A stretch of DNA of 64,000 bases from Candidatus Multivorans sp. Its GTDB lineage: Bacteria > Acidobacteriota > Thermoanaerobaculia > Multivoradales > Multivoraceae. Location of the stretch: positions 1 to 64,000 of the forward strand of contig OZ251997.1 of assembly GCA_965247095.1 (NCBI GenBank), written 5' to 3'. This document shows positions 29,205 through 39,436 of this stretch, one piece after another. Position numbers and translations under genes: made by a program. The notes below the pieces were generated by a model. The model had not been told where the DNA came from. It saw nothing but the letters and a program-made list of their open reading frames with translations, and did no database searches. Position 1 is the first letter of the stretch; the number at the start of each line of letters is the position of its first letter.

Positions 29205-29346
29205 AAATACTAGCACGCCGGGATGTAAAGGTCCGGAAAGGAGCCGAGCTACTCGCGCATCGCGTCCAGGACCAGGACGGCCTGGCAGCGAAGTAGACGC
29301 GCGGGGTTGCCGAGTGCAGGCCCGGTCGGCTAGATTCCCGTTCGCC

Positions 29347-29688
29347 ATGATGAAGAACTTCCTGTTTGCGATCGCTTACCTTCTCGGCGCCGGCTGGTGG
29401 GCCAGTCAGGCCATGGTCGATGCCGCAGCCGGCTCCTGGTGGAACCTGCTTGCCTTCTTCGCGGTGCTGATCTTCTTCCTGGTCCGCATCGGCTGCATGA
29501 GCGGCAGCGAGGATCAGGCCCAGAAGATGGGCAATATCTTCTCGATCCTTGTAGCGGTCGCTCTCCTGGTGCTCGCCGTCATGGGTCTGGTCGGCGAAAC
29601 CAGCGGCATCGCGAACCTGGTCTTCGCGCTGCTGTTCGCCGTGGTCGCCGGGCTCGGCGTGCGCGCCACGGCCACCGCGCACGCGTAG
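29347..29688 (+). CDS. Small 4-TM membrane protein
   Basis: Four hydrophobic helices; high-GC codon bias. Confidence 0.7.
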   Translation: MMKNFLFAIAYLLGAGWWASQAMVDAAAGSWWNLLAFFAVLIFFLVRIGCMSGSEDQAQKMGNIFSILVAVALLVLAVMGLVGETSGIANLVFALLFAVVAGLGVRATATAHA

Positions 29689-29708
29689 CCGCGGCGCGAC
29701 TGGCGGCG

Positions 29709-31004
29709 CTACAGCGCCGCCACCTGCTGCTCCAGCACGCCGGCGTACTTCTCGTATGCGGCCTGTCGCAGCTTCGGCAGGTGGGTGGTCGGGAACAGAT
29801 CGTTCGTGCCGGCGTACTCGCGCAGGAGCTGCCGCGCCACGGTGATCTTGTGGACCTCGGTCGGACCGTCGGCCAAGGCCATGTGGAAGGAGTCGATGAC
29901 TCCCGCGGAGTAGGGCATCTCGTTGGAGACGCCGAGCGAACCGTGGATCATCAACGCCCGTGAGAAGACGTCCAGGTAGACCTTCGGCATGACCGTCTTG
30001 ACCGCCGAGATGTCCTTGCGGACCATCCGGTAGTCCTTGTACTTGTCGATCTTCCAGGCGGTCTGGAGCACGAACAGCCGGAACTGCTCGATCTGGGTCC
30101 AGGAGTCGGCGATCTTCTCCTGCACGAGTTGCTTCTGCGCCAGCAACTCGCCCTGGGTCTCGCGCGAAAGCACGCGCTCGCACATCTGGTCGAAGGCGGT
30201 GCGCACCTTGGCGATCGTGCGCATCGCGTGGTGGATGCGGCCGCCGCCGAGCCGCGTCTGCGCGACCACGAAGCCCTGGCCGCGCTGGCCGAGCAGGTGG
30301 TCCTTCGGGATCCGGACATCCGTGTAGCGGACGTAGCCGTGGGCGCCCTCCTCGGTCCCGGTGCCGACGCCGACGTTGCGGACGATCTCAACACCCGGTG
30401 TCTCCTTCGGCACCAGGAACATGGACATCTTGTTGTAGGGCGGGGCTTGCGGATCGGTGACCACCATGACGATCAGGAAGGAGGCGTAGCGGGCGTTCGA
30501 AGAGAACCACTTCTCGCCGTTGATCACCCACTCGTCGCCGTCGAGGACGGCCTGCGTCTTGAACACCTTCGGATCCGAGCCGCCGTGCGGTTCGGTCATG
30601 GAGTAGGCGGAGACGATCTGGTTGTCGAGCAGCGGCTGCAGGAAGCGGGCCTTCTGCTCGTCGGTGCCGTAGTGGGCGAGGATCTCGGCGTTGCCGGAGT
30701 CAGGCGCCTGGCAACCGAAGACGATCGGCGCGTGCGGCGACCGTCCCAGGATCTCGTTCATCAGCGCCAGCTTGACCTGGCCGTAGCCCTGGCCGCCGAG
30801 CTCGGGTCCCAGGTGGCAGGCCCAGAGCTTGCGCTTCTGGACCTCCTCCTGGAGCGGCGGGATCAGCTTCTGGCGCTTCGGGCAGGAGAGGTCGTACGGG
30901 CTGCCGAGGACGAAGCGGAGCGGCTCGATCTCGTCGCGGACGAACTCGTCCATCCAGTCCAGCTTGTCCTGGAATTCAGGGTCTGTTTCGAAGTCCCATG
31001 CCAT
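29709..31004 (-). CDS. Acyl-CoA dehydrogenase
   Basis: APDSGNAE, YSMTEP, INGEKWFSS, QTRLGGGRIHH, ADGPTEVH; AGGAG RBS. Confidence 0.95.
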   Translation of the reverse strand: MAWDFETDPEFQDKLDWMDEFVRDEIEPLRFVLGSPYDLSCPKRQKLIPPLQEEVQKRKLWACHLGPELGGQGYGQVKLALMNEILGRSPHAPIVFGCQAPDSGNAEILAHYGTDEQKARFLQPLLDNQIVSAYSMTEPHGGSDPKVFKTQAVLDGDEWVINGEKWFSSNARYASFLIVMVVTDPQAPPYNKMSMFLVPKETPGVEIVRNVGVGTGTEEGAHGYVRYTDVRIPKDHLLGQRGQGFVVAQTRLGGGRIHHAMRTIAKVRTAFDQMCERVLSRETQGELLAQKQLVQEKIADSWTQIEQFRLFVLQTAWKIDKYKDYRMVRKDISAVKTVMPKVYLDVFSRALMIHGSLGVSNEMPYSAGVIDSFHMALADGPTEVHKITVARQLLREYAGTNDLFPTTHLPKLRQAAYEKYAGVLEQQVAAL

Positions 31005-31109
31005 TGCTCTTCTCCTGTTGCGATGCTCGCCGTCCGTGCTGCGGCGCGGCGGATTCGGTTCTTTCTTGAGGGCCGCCAAGCGTACAGGACGCGCACGTAG
31101 ACTCCCCGG

Positions 31110-33116
31110 ATGATCTGCACCAGCTCACGCTCAGCCTTCGACTGCCGTCGTTTCGCCCTGCTGTCGCTCGCTCTCCTGTGCGTCCTGGCCGCGGTGGCCT
31201 GCAGCAGCGACCGGGCCGTCGATCCTGGCGCCGGCGGCGCTTCAGTCGGCGAGTGGCGCCACTACGCCGCCGACCGCGCATCGACCAAGTACTCGCCGCT
31301 TGACCAGATCAACCCCTCGAACGTCGACCGGTTGGGCGAGGTCTGGCGCTGGACATCGGTCGAGACCGAGGCCGACACCGAGCATCGCGGCGGCATGTAC
31401 AAGAGCACGCCGCTCTACATCCACGGCACGCTCTACATCACGACTTCGCTCAGCCAGGTCGCGGCGATCAACCCGGCAACGGGCGAGACGCTGTGGGTCT
31501 ACGACCCGAAGAGCTACGAGGTCGGCCGCCCCGCCAACGCGGGCTTCCAGCACCGCGGGCTCGAGTACTGGAGCGGGGAGGGCGACGGCGAGCCCGTGGA
31601 GCGGCTGATCTACGCCGCCCATCACCGCCGCCTGATCTCGCTCGCCCCTGCGACCGGCGAACCCGACCCGGCCTTCGGCGACGGCGGCATGGTGAACACA
31701 GCGCTCGGTCTGGGCCGCGAGATCAACGAGCGCCAGTACACCCACTCGGCGCCGCCGATCGTCTGCGCCGATGTGATTGTGCTCGGTTCGATCATCTCGG
31801 ACGGTCCGCGCGGACCGAAGATGCCGCCCGGGCACGTGCGTGGCTACGACGTGCGCACCGGCGAGATGCGCTGGATCTTCCACACCATCCCGCAGCCGGG
31901 CGAGCTTGGGAACGAGACCTGGGAGGGCGGCTCATGGGAGTACTCGGGCAACACGAACGTCTGGACGATGATGAGCTGCGACGACGAGCTCGGTATCGTC
32001 TACCTGCCGGTGTCGACGCCGACGAACGACTGGTATGGGGGCCACCGGCGCGGCGACAACCTGTTCGCGGAGAGCCTGGTTGCCCTCGATGCCAGGACGG
32101 GCGAGCGGAAGTGGCACTTCCAGGCCGTCCACCACGGCCTCTGGGACTACGACTTCGCTTCGGCTCCGAACCTCGTCGACATCAACGTCGGTGGCCGCGA
32201 GATCAAGGCTGTCGCCCAGGTCAGCAAGCAGGGCATCACCTACGTGTTCGACCGGTTGACTGGCGAGCCGGTGTGGCCGATCGACGACCGCCCGGTGCCG
32301 CAGACCACGGTCCCGGGCGAGTGGAGTTCACCGACCCAGCCGTTTCCGACCAAGCCGCCTCCCTTCGAGCGGCTCGGCCTGACGGAGGACGACCTGATCG
32401 ACTTCACGCCCGAGCTGCGCGCCGAGGCGCTCGAGATCGTGAAGGACTACGTGATGGGCCCGATCTACACGCCGCCGCTCGAGGTCGAGGAAGGCGGCAA
32501 ACTGGGCGTGCTGACGCTGCCGTCCGCAGCCGGCGGCGCCAACTGGCGCGGCGCCGCGGTCGATCCCGAGGCCGGCGTGCTCTACGTGCCGTCGATGACC
32601 CAGGTGCTGAGCTACGGGGTGCAGGCCGCGGACCCGGCCCGCTCCGAGTTCCGCTACGTCGCCGCCGTCTCGTTCATGGCCGGACCGCAGGGCCTGCCTC
32701 TCGTGAAACCGCCATACAGCCGGATAACCGCCATCGACCTGAACACCGGCGAGCACCTGTGGCAGGTCGCCCATGGTCCGGGGCCGAAGGACCACCCGGC
32801 GATCGCCCACCTCGACCTGCCCGACCTGGGAAGCCCCTCCCACGGCGTGCTCTCCAACGGTGGCCTGGTGCTGACCAAGGACCTGATCTTCATCATCCAG
32901 GCCGACTACGACACCAGCCGGATGACCTTCATGGGCGACGCCGGGTACATCCGCGCCTACGACAAACGCGACGGCGCGAAGCTCTGGGAGCACCGCGTCG
33001 AACCGACCCCGCACGGCACCCCGATGACCTATCTGCACGAGGGCCGGCAGTACGTGGCGTTCACTGTGGGCAATGGCCGGCAGGACCCGGCGCTGGTGGC
33101 GTTCGCCCTGGAGTAG
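31110..33116 (+). CDS. PQQ-dependent glucose/quinate-dehydrogenase-like lipoprotein
   Basis: Lipobox AVAC, YSPLDQI, PGHVRGYD, HHGLWDYD, PTQPFP, GGANW, KPPY, TPMTY. Confidence 0.9.
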   Translation: MICTSSRSAFDCRRFALLSLALLCVLAAVACSSDRAVDPGAGGASVGEWRHYAADRASTKYSPLDQINPSNVDRLGEVWRWTSVETEADTEHRGGMYKSTPLYIHGTLYITTSLSQVAAINPATGETLWVYDPKSYEVGRPANAGFQHRGLEYWSGEGDGEPVERLIYAAHHRRLISLAPATGEPDPAFGDGGMVNTALGLGREINERQYTHSAPPIVCADVIVLGSIISDGPRGPKMPPGHVRGYDVRTGEMRWIFHTIPQPGELGNETWEGGSWEYSGNTNVWTMMSCDDELGIVYLPVSTPTNDWYGGHRRGDNLFAESLVALDARTGERKWHFQAVHHGLWDYDFASAPNLVDINVGGREIKAVAQVSKQGITYVFDRLTGEPVWPIDDRPVPQTTVPGEWSSPTQPFPTKPPPFERLGLTEDDLIDFTPELRAEALEIVKDYVMGPIYTPPLEVEEGGKLGVLTLPSAAGGANWRGAAVDPEAGVLYVPSMTQVLSYGVQAADPARSEFRYVAAVSFMAGPQGLPLVKPPYSRITAIDLNTGEHLWQVAHGPGPKDHPAIAHLDLPDLGSPSHGVLSNGGLVLTKDLIFIIQADYDTSRMTFMGDAGYIRAYDKRDGAKLWEHRVEPTPHGTPMTYLHEGRQYVAFTVGNGRQDPALVAFALE

Positions 33117-33117
33117 G

Positions 33118-33164
33118 CCCTGGGAACGCGGGCATCTTGCCCGCATCCGGCGCGGAAGCGCCGG
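33118..33164 (+). repeat. REP-like element (canonical short copy). Further copies at about 815, 3168, 26411, 28567, 39389, 43034 and 44751.
   Basis: CCTGGGAACGCGGGCATCTTGCCCGCATCCGGCGCGGAAGCGCCGG, two adjacent hairpins. Confidence 0.8.
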
Positions 33165-33197
33165 TCGGTAGAGGCGCAAAGCTAGACTGCACCGACG

Positions 33198-34307
33198 GTG
33201 TCTTCCCGCCTACTGTTCTCAGCGGCTTTAGTCAGCGCCGTGCTCCTCGGCGGCTGCTCCTTGGTTGGCAAGGGCGCTCCGGCCTGCCGTCCCTTAGAGG
33301 TCGCGGAACTGCCTCTACTCGGTGGTATCCGGGGCGCCTGGATGGACGACGAGCGGTTCGTGCTGGCGGACCTGTACCAGTCCCGCCTGCTGGTCTACAG
33401 CGGGTCCGAGGGGCTTCAACGGGTCGTCAACGGCTGGGAGAACGAGGATCTGGAGTTGCACTTTGTGTCGCCAGCCGACATTCAGCCTTGGGAGGACGGC
33501 TACGTGCTGGCGGAGGTCTTCACGGACCAGGATCGTCTCCTTGAACTGAACGCGGACCTTCGACCGGTCCGGGTGCTCTGGGAGAGCGACGTGGAGCGGT
33601 CGAATGGTGAGTGGGAGGGCGACGACGTTCATGACATCTACCGGTTGGCCGCCCTACGCGACACCCTCTATGTGCAAGCGCACCGCATGGCCGCCGGGCA
33701 GTACGGGGAGAGGGAGTATGCGGAGTTTGGAGTTGCCCTCCAGCCCAATCGGCCGGGACGAGCGCTCCGGGAAATAGCCGCTTGGCCCGCCCTCGCTCGG
33801 CAGCGAGAGTGGTATGGGTCGCTGCGCGATCTTGCGACGACCGGCGGTCGAGGCGGCTCGGCGTTTGCACTTGAGATCACCCCGGCTGCTTCGTTTGTTC
33901 GGGAGCTTGTCGCCGACGGCCGAAGACTCGAGTCCTTTCCAGAACTGCCGGCGCCGTTGCCGGCGTTGCCTCGTGATGATTTTGCCGAGTTCTATGCGGT
34001 CCTCGAGGCGTCCAGCTATCCCGCAGGTCTCTACGGCGACGAAGACAGCCTGTACGTGCTGATGCGGGACGCAACCGGCGACGCGGTCGTTTGGGATCTG
34101 CATCGCATCGACCCGGAGCGGGATGCGGTCGTAGGCAAGCTCCGCCTGCCGACGAACGCACCCCACGTGAGCCTGCTTCCGGGCCGCCGGTACTGGCTGC
34201 TTGAGGAATCGAGCAGCGGCTTCGTGAATCCGCTTCGGCCGCCGGTCCGGCTTCTGTTGCTGAACGCGGCGGCTATTCGCGCGGGGGAGGCACTGTCGTG
34301 CGACTGA
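33198..34307 (+). CDS. Lipoprotein, probable beta-propeller (paralog 1)
   Basis: Lipobox LGGC; repeated beta motifs (FVLAD..QSRLLVY, YVLAE..DRLLEL); clear paralog of the next gene. Confidence 0.75.
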   Translation: MSSRLLFSAALVSAVLLGGCSLVGKGAPACRPLEVAELPLLGGIRGAWMDDERFVLADLYQSRLLVYSGSEGLQRVVNGWENEDLELHFVSPADIQPWEDGYVLAEVFTDQDRLLELNADLRPVRVLWESDVERSNGEWEGDDVHDIYRLAALRDTLYVQAHRMAAGQYGEREYAEFGVALQPNRPGRALREIAAWPALARQREWYGSLRDLATTGGRGGSAFALEITPAASFVRELVADGRRLESFPELPAPLPALPRDDFAEFYAVLEASSYPAGLYGDEDSLYVLMRDATGDAVVWDLHRIDPERDAVVGKLRLPTNAPHVSLLPGRRYWLLEESSSGFVNPLRPPVRLLLLNAAAIRAGEALSCD

Positions 34308-35419
34308 GAACGGGCGTTCCGGCTCTCGTCGTCCTCGCTTCGCTGAATCTCAGCGGCTGTTCGCTGGTGGGCGGGAAGCCTGAACTCGCGTGCCGTCCGC
34401 TGGAGAGCGCCGAACTACCGATGCTCGGCCTTGTCAGGGGCTCGTGGATGGACAAGAAACAGTTCGTGCTTGCGGATCTGCACCAGTCGCGATTGCTCGT
34501 CTACGGCGCGGATGAGGGGCTCGTTCGGATCGTCAACGGCTCGGAGAGCGAGAACCTGGCGCTGAACTTCGTATGGCCCATGGACATCCAGCCGTGGGGA
34601 CGAGGGTTTGTGCTGGCGGACGCCTACGGAGATCAGGATCGTCTGCTTGAACTGGACCCGAACCTGCGACCGGTACGGGTGCTCTGGGAGAGCGACGTGG
34701 AGCAGTCGGATGGTGAGTGGAGCGGCGACGAGGTGTTTGCCATCACCCAGTTGGCCGCTCTGCGCGACAGGCTGTACGTAGAGGCCAGTCGGCGGGATGA
34801 CGCTGGGCATTCGGAACAGGAGTTTGCAGAGTTCGGGGTGGATTCCCGGTCAAGTGCGGCGCCCGGTGCGCTGCGGGAGGTTGCTGCTTGGCCGGGCTTG
34901 GCGGGAGAGCTTGGGTGGTATGGGTCGGTTTCCGACCTTGCGGCGACGGGCGGTGGCACCCGTTCGACGTTTGCCCTCCGTTTCGCTCCTGGTGGTCCCT
35001 TTGTTCAGGAGCTCGTCGGCGAGGGCCGGCGGCTGGAGGCCTTTCCGGACTTGCCGGTGCCGTTGCCGGCGTTGCTTCGCAGTTTCAGGGGCGGTTGGGT
35101 CGGCTGGGCGGCCCTGGAGGCGTCCAGCTATCCCGCCGGTCTCTATGGCGACGAAGACAGCCTCTACATCTTGATCAGAGACGCGACCGGCGACGCGGTC
35201 GTTTGGGACCTGCACCGCATCGACCCGGCGCTGGACGCCGTCGTAGGCAAACTCCGCCTGCCGACGAACGCGCCCCACGTGAGCCTGCTTCCGGGCCACA
35301 GGTACTGGGTGCTCGAGGAATCGAGCAGCGGGCTGGAGAATCGACGTCGGCCGCCGATTCGACTGCTCCTGTTGAGTTCGGCCGCTATTCTCGCTGGGGA
35401 GGTTCCATCATGCGATTGA
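34298..35419 (+). CDS. Lipoprotein, probable beta-propeller (paralog 2)
   Basis: Lipobox LSGC; collinear with paralog 1; 10-nt overlap with both neighbours. Confidence 0.75.
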   Translation: MRLRTGVPALVVLASLNLSGCSLVGGKPELACRPLESAELPMLGLVRGSWMDKKQFVLADLHQSRLLVYGADEGLVRIVNGSESENLALNFVWPMDIQPWGRGFVLADAYGDQDRLLELDPNLRPVRVLWESDVEQSDGEWSGDEVFAITQLAALRDRLYVEASRRDDAGHSEQEFAEFGVDSRSSAAPGALREVAAWPGLAGELGWYGSVSDLAATGGGTRSTFALRFAPGGPFVQELVGEGRRLEAFPDLPVPLPALLRSFRGGWVGWAALEASSYPAGLYGDEDSLYILIRDATGDAVVWDLHRIDPALDAVVGKLRLPTNAPHVSLLPGHRYWVLEESSSGLENRRRPPIRLLLLSSAAILAGEVPSCD

Positions 35420-38058
35420 GTTGTGTTCTCGCTGGCCTTGCCATCCTTCATCCGTTTGGCGTGCCCGGCACGGCGCAGCAGGCGCCAACGCCCACTCCAG
35501 GCCAGCTCGTTGTCCTGGGAGCGGACGGCCAGCCCGTCGCCGACGCCTCGGTCACGGTGCTCCAGCCGAGCCGGGCCGGCCTCTCGCCGGTCGACGCGTT
35601 GCTGGTGCGCAGCGGGACGACGCAAGACGGCGTCGTCGAGGACGCCGTGCCGCGGCTGCACGGGCTGACGGTGGTCGTCGACCATCCGGCCCACCTGCCG
35701 TTCGTGGGCGCGTACCCGAGCCAGCCGCCGCCGGAGGTGATTCGGTTGCAGCCGGGGCGGACGGCCAAGGGCGTGGTACGGGAAGCCGCTGCCGGCGGCA
35801 CGGTGACCGGAGCGAGCGTCTGCGCGTCATGGCGCGACGCGGTCCTTCCCGATTGGTTCGGAACCTTGCGGCGCTGCACGGAAAGCAGCGAACGGGGCGC
35901 GTTCGAGCTTGCGGGTTTGCCTCCCGAGATCCTCCAGGCGACGGCCGAGGCGCCCGGTTTCGAGACGGACGCCCGCACCATCGAGGCGGGGCGGAGGGCT
36001 TCCCGGATCGTCTTCGAACTCGTGGCCGGGGAGCAGTCGGCCGACGTCACGGAAGCGACGCCGGCCTCGGCAGGAGAAGTGCGGGTCGAACTCGTGGGCG
36101 CCGCCGGCGAACCGATCCGCAACTTCACGATGAGGACGAATGCGGTCGGCCGCATGGGCGGCTCCTCGCACGATGTCGAGGACGCCGAAGGGCCGGTGTC
36201 GGTGCCGATCAGCGCCTCCTTCGCGAACGAGACCGCCGTGGACCTTTCGTTCCGGGCCGAGAACTACCACGAGTCTCCGCTTATCCGCGTCGCTCCGGTA
36301 CCGGGCGGCGAGATCGAGCTCGGTCTGATCGCTCTCGAACCCGGGGCGGTGGTGCAGGGGCGACTCTTCGACGCGGTGGGGGCGGAACCCGCCGCGGGCT
36401 GCGTGGTCGAACTCCTTCCGCCGGGCGCGGGCGCCGTTGCGGCTCTGATGTTGCGACAACGCCACCTGACGGTGTCCGATGCCGACGGCCGGTACCTGCT
36501 CGGCGGCCTCGGGGCGGGCCGCTACCACCTGCGGCTGCAATGCCTGGGGGCGCCGGTCACGGATCGGCTTGTTGTGCTGGGTGCGAACGAATTGGCCGAC
36601 CAGGGCGAGGCCTGGCTGGACTCCGGCCGGCGGGTCGGGGTGCGTGTCCGGGGTATGGGCACTGGCACGGTTCGCCTGCTCGACCGCTTCCGGGAGATCG
36701 AGATCCCGATCGTCGAGACGGCGTTGCGGTCGCCGGCAGAGGCCGAGACAGGGCAACGAGGCGATGAGGACTCAACAGGACACGCCGAGTTCCTGGCGGT
36801 TCCGGGCGTGTACCGGCTGGAAGTCGTCGACGGTTCCGGCCGCCTCCGCGTGTCGCAGGAGATCGGGATCGAAGAGGGGCCGGCCGAGGTGCGGACGGTC
36901 GACGTTGCACTAACGACACGGGCTATCCGTAGCGTCCTGGTGCTGGACGGCCGCCCAGTGGCGGGGGGCGCCGTTACCTTCGGCAGCGTCTTCGATGCCT
37001 CGCGGAGCTCCGGCAAGATCCAGCTCGTTTCGCGGCGACGCGGCGGCGCCGAGCAGAGCCGGATGTTGGGGTTAAGCCCTACGGTACGCGCGACTGTGGG
37101 AGCGGACGGCTCGTTCGAGGTCGACGGCGTTGCCGATGACCTGCTGTGGATGACGTGGTACGCGGGCGAAGGCAGCTACCTCGGGCGGCTGTGGCCGGCC
37201 GACCTGGTGCCGCGGATGGACTTGGACGGTGTTCGGGTGACGGGCTCGCTGCTCGATGTGAACGGCACGCCGGTCGGCGGCCAGGTCTCACTGACCGGCG
37301 ATATTGGCCGAAGGGTCGCCTGGACCGAAGTCGGAGAGGACGGGCTCTTCGAGCTGCCGCCGGCGCCGCCGGGCTTGTACCGGCTCAAGGCCAGTGCGGG
37401 AGTGTCGCCGAGCCGCGCTCGGGAGGGCAGGAGTAGCCTGACGGGAAGCGTGTCCCAGGACCTCGTGCTCACCACCGAGCCGCCGCTGCACCAGGTCCTG
37501 CGTGTCGAGGACGCTGAACCCGGCTTGGTCGAAGTGGAGCTGTGGCGCGCCGGCGGAAGTCCGGCGGCGGGCGCTTGGCTTAACTTCGTCAATCCGGCGG
37601 GCGATGTGGTCGGCGGCGGTTTGGCATCGGTTGCCGGGCAGACAACTCGGAGTGTGCCGGCCGGCGACGTGTCGCTGGTCTGGAACGACGCTGCCGCCTG
37701 CGTCGGCGGCGTCGAGTTGAACGTTGAAGAGGGCCGTACGTCGACGCTTCGGGAGTCGCTGTCGATAGGCCGCCTGCTCGAACTTCGCTGTCCGGCCTCC
37801 GACTGCGCCGGCGAACCGCTCTCCTTCCTCAGCATGACGACCGAGTCCGGCGCCGAGATCGCGAGCCATCTGACCGGCGCCGGCGAGGGCGTCCGCTTCT
37901 CCGAGTCCGGCCGTCTCGGCCTCGGCTGCGTGACTCCCGGTTCCTACGAGGTCTCGTTCTGGTCCGCCGGCCGGCGCTGGGGCGCTGAAGTCAACGTCGG
38001 CACCAGCGGGCCGGCGGAGGAGCCGGTGGTCGTGAACGGTAGGGAGGCGGGGTTGTAG
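35410..38058 (+). CDS. Secreted carboxypeptidase-regulatory-like (Ig-like) repeat protein
   Basis: Signal peptide; repeats such as DGQPVADASV, SDADGRYLLGGLGAGRYHL, DG.PVAGG.V; several Cys pairs. Confidence 0.8.
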   Translation: MRLSCVLAGLAILHPFGVPGTAQQAPTPTPGQLVVLGADGQPVADASVTVLQPSRAGLSPVDALLVRSGTTQDGVVEDAVPRLHGLTVVVDHPAHLPFVGAYPSQPPPEVIRLQPGRTAKGVVREAAAGGTVTGASVCASWRDAVLPDWFGTLRRCTESSERGAFELAGLPPEILQATAEAPGFETDARTIEAGRRASRIVFELVAGEQSADVTEATPASAGEVRVELVGAAGEPIRNFTMRTNAVGRMGGSSHDVEDAEGPVSVPISASFANETAVDLSFRAENYHESPLIRVAPVPGGEIELGLIALEPGAVVQGRLFDAVGAEPAAGCVVELLPPGAGAVAALMLRQRHLTVSDADGRYLLGGLGAGRYHLRLQCLGAPVTDRLVVLGANELADQGEAWLDSGRRVGVRVRGMGTGTVRLLDRFREIEIPIVETALRSPAEAETGQRGDEDSTGHAEFLAVPGVYRLEVVDGSGRLRVSQEIGIEEGPAEVRTVDVALTTRAIRSVLVLDGRPVAGGAVTFGSVFDASRSSGKIQLVSRRRGGAEQSRMLGLSPTVRATVGADGSFEVDGVADDLLWMTWYAGEGSYLGRLWPADLVPRMDLDGVRVTGSLLDVNGTPVGGQVSLTGDIGRRVAWTEVGEDGLFELPPAPPGLYRLKASAGVSPSRAREGRSSLTGSVSQDLVLTTEPPLHQVLRVEDAEPGLVEVELWRAGGSPAAGAWLNFVNPAGDVVGGGLASVAGQTTRSVPAGDVSLVWNDAAACVGGVELNVEEGRTSTLRESLSIGRLLELRCPASDCAGEPLSFLSMTTESGAEIASHLTGAGEGVRFSESGRLGLGCVTPGSYEVSFWSAGRRWGAEVNVGTSGPAEEPVVVNGREAGL

Positions 38059-38117
38059 GAGTCGGCGTCAGGTAGCCAAGGTCCGGACACCCCACTCAGG
38101 TACCACCGTCACCCGCG

Positions 38118-38480
38118 TCACGGGGAGGGCCACTCTTCGAACCCATCGTTCACGAGATCGGCGTAGTACCGCCGATTGTAAATGGCCGCGAACACAGGCT
38201 GGGTGACGACCAGCGCGATCCCGCCGGCGACTGCCGCCGCCGTCGCCCTGGCGAATGACCCGGTCGCCGATTGCGGCTCGACTATCGCCATGGACACCAG
38301 CATTGCCAAAAACAGGGCGACCTGGCCCACCATGTACATGACTATGGACATGATCAGCGCCCACTTCCAGTCACCACGAAACAGAGGAACCAGAGGGCCA
38401 AGAAACAAGGTAGTCCAACTGAACCCGACGTGCGGTACCGATCGCCTGGCTCCGGTTCTCTCGTTCCTCATCTCGATCAT
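38118..38480 (-). CDS. Small membrane protein (DUF2628-like)
   Basis: GGAGAGG RBS; VGFSWTTLF.G.LVPLFRGDWKWA, YNRRY...L...GF. Confidence 0.7.
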   Translation of the reverse strand: MIEMRNERTGARRSVPHVGFSWTTLFLGPLVPLFRGDWKWALIMSIVMYMVGQVALFLAMLVSMAIVEPQSATGSFARATAAAVAGGIALVVTQPVFAAIYNRRYYADLVNDGFEEWPSP

Positions 38481-38521
38481 GGCGCCCTCTCCTGTTCGCG
38501 TTCGGATCGGATTGCGAGTGG

Positions 38522-39340
38522 CTACTGCGCGCCCGCCAGCAGGGCTTGCAGAGCCTCCGCGGGCTGGGCGAACTCGGGGGCGCCGACGAAGCGGCCGACT
38601 TCGCGGCCGTCTCGGTAGACGATCGCCGTCGGCAGGCCAGTCACTTCGTTGCCCTTGACTTCGGGATCTTCCCAGCCGGCGGGGGGTGAGGCCAGTCCGT
38701 AGTACTCGAAGGCGACGTTTGAGCCTTCGAGGCCGGCGTTGACGTCGAGCAGGTTGGGCAGCACCCGCTTGCAGACGCCGCACCAGGAGCCGAAGAAGAT
38801 GCGGACCCGGGCCGGTCCGGCGTCGCGGAGCGCGGCCATCGCCGAGGCGTTGGGTTTGAAGGCATGCATACCGGCCCGGTAGCCGGGCGAGTGCTCGAGC
38901 AGTTCGCCCAGGGTGCGGTCGCCAACCAGAGGCGGCCGGGGGATGATGCGGACTGTCCGACCCTCGATCGGCAGGGCGATGGTGGCCTGGTCCGGCTTGG
39001 CCTCGCCGACGTACGAGTTGCCTGGTTCGGCGACCACGTCGTAGCCGCCGCCGGCGGCCAGGAGATCGGCGGCCGGCAGCCGGTCCACGGCCATGGTGCG
39101 GGCCCACAGCAGGATGGGCTCACCCAGGGAGTCGCTGAGGATCAGCATCGCCGCGGCCCGCTGGGAAAGGTAGAGCCTGGCGTCGGAATCGGCTTGACCG
39201 TCGATCTCGAGGATGTACTCGTCGATGGGCAGGAACGCGCTCAGGACGGGGTGGGCCGTGGGCTGGGCGGCCGCGGGCGCGGCTGGCAGGAGAAGTGCGA
39301 GGAGCGCGCAGAAAACTGGGACTTTTCCGTGAGCGGACAC
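38522..39340 (-). CDS. Secreted thioredoxin-domain protein
   Basis: Signal peptide; FFGSWCGVCKR, VTGLPT.IVYRDG.EVGR. Confidence 0.85.
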   Translation of the reverse strand: MSAHGKVPVFCALLALLLPAAPAAAQPTAHPVLSAFLPIDEYILEIDGQADSDARLYLSQRAAAMLILSDSLGEPILLWARTMAVDRLPAADLLAAGGGYDVVAEPGNSYVGEAKPDQATIALPIEGRTVRIIPRPPLVGDRTLGELLEHSPGYRAGMHAFKPNASAMAALRDAGPARVRIFFGSWCGVCKRVLPNLLDVNAGLEGSNVAFEYYGLASPPAGWEDPEVKGNEVTGLPTAIVYRDGREVGRFVGAPEFAQPAEALQALLAGAQ

Positions 39341-39436
39341 GGCGCGGAGGCTACAGCAACGGAGGCGTGTCCCGCTGCTTCGCGGCTCGCCGGATGCCGG
39401 CGGGGACGCCGCGCACCCAGTGGCCGGCGCACCCAG

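Noticed and set aside
33198-35419. Diversity-generating retroelement (template/variable repeat pair)
   Set aside because: The similarity spans whole genes, the differences are not visibly adenine-specific, and no reverse transcriptase is in the window
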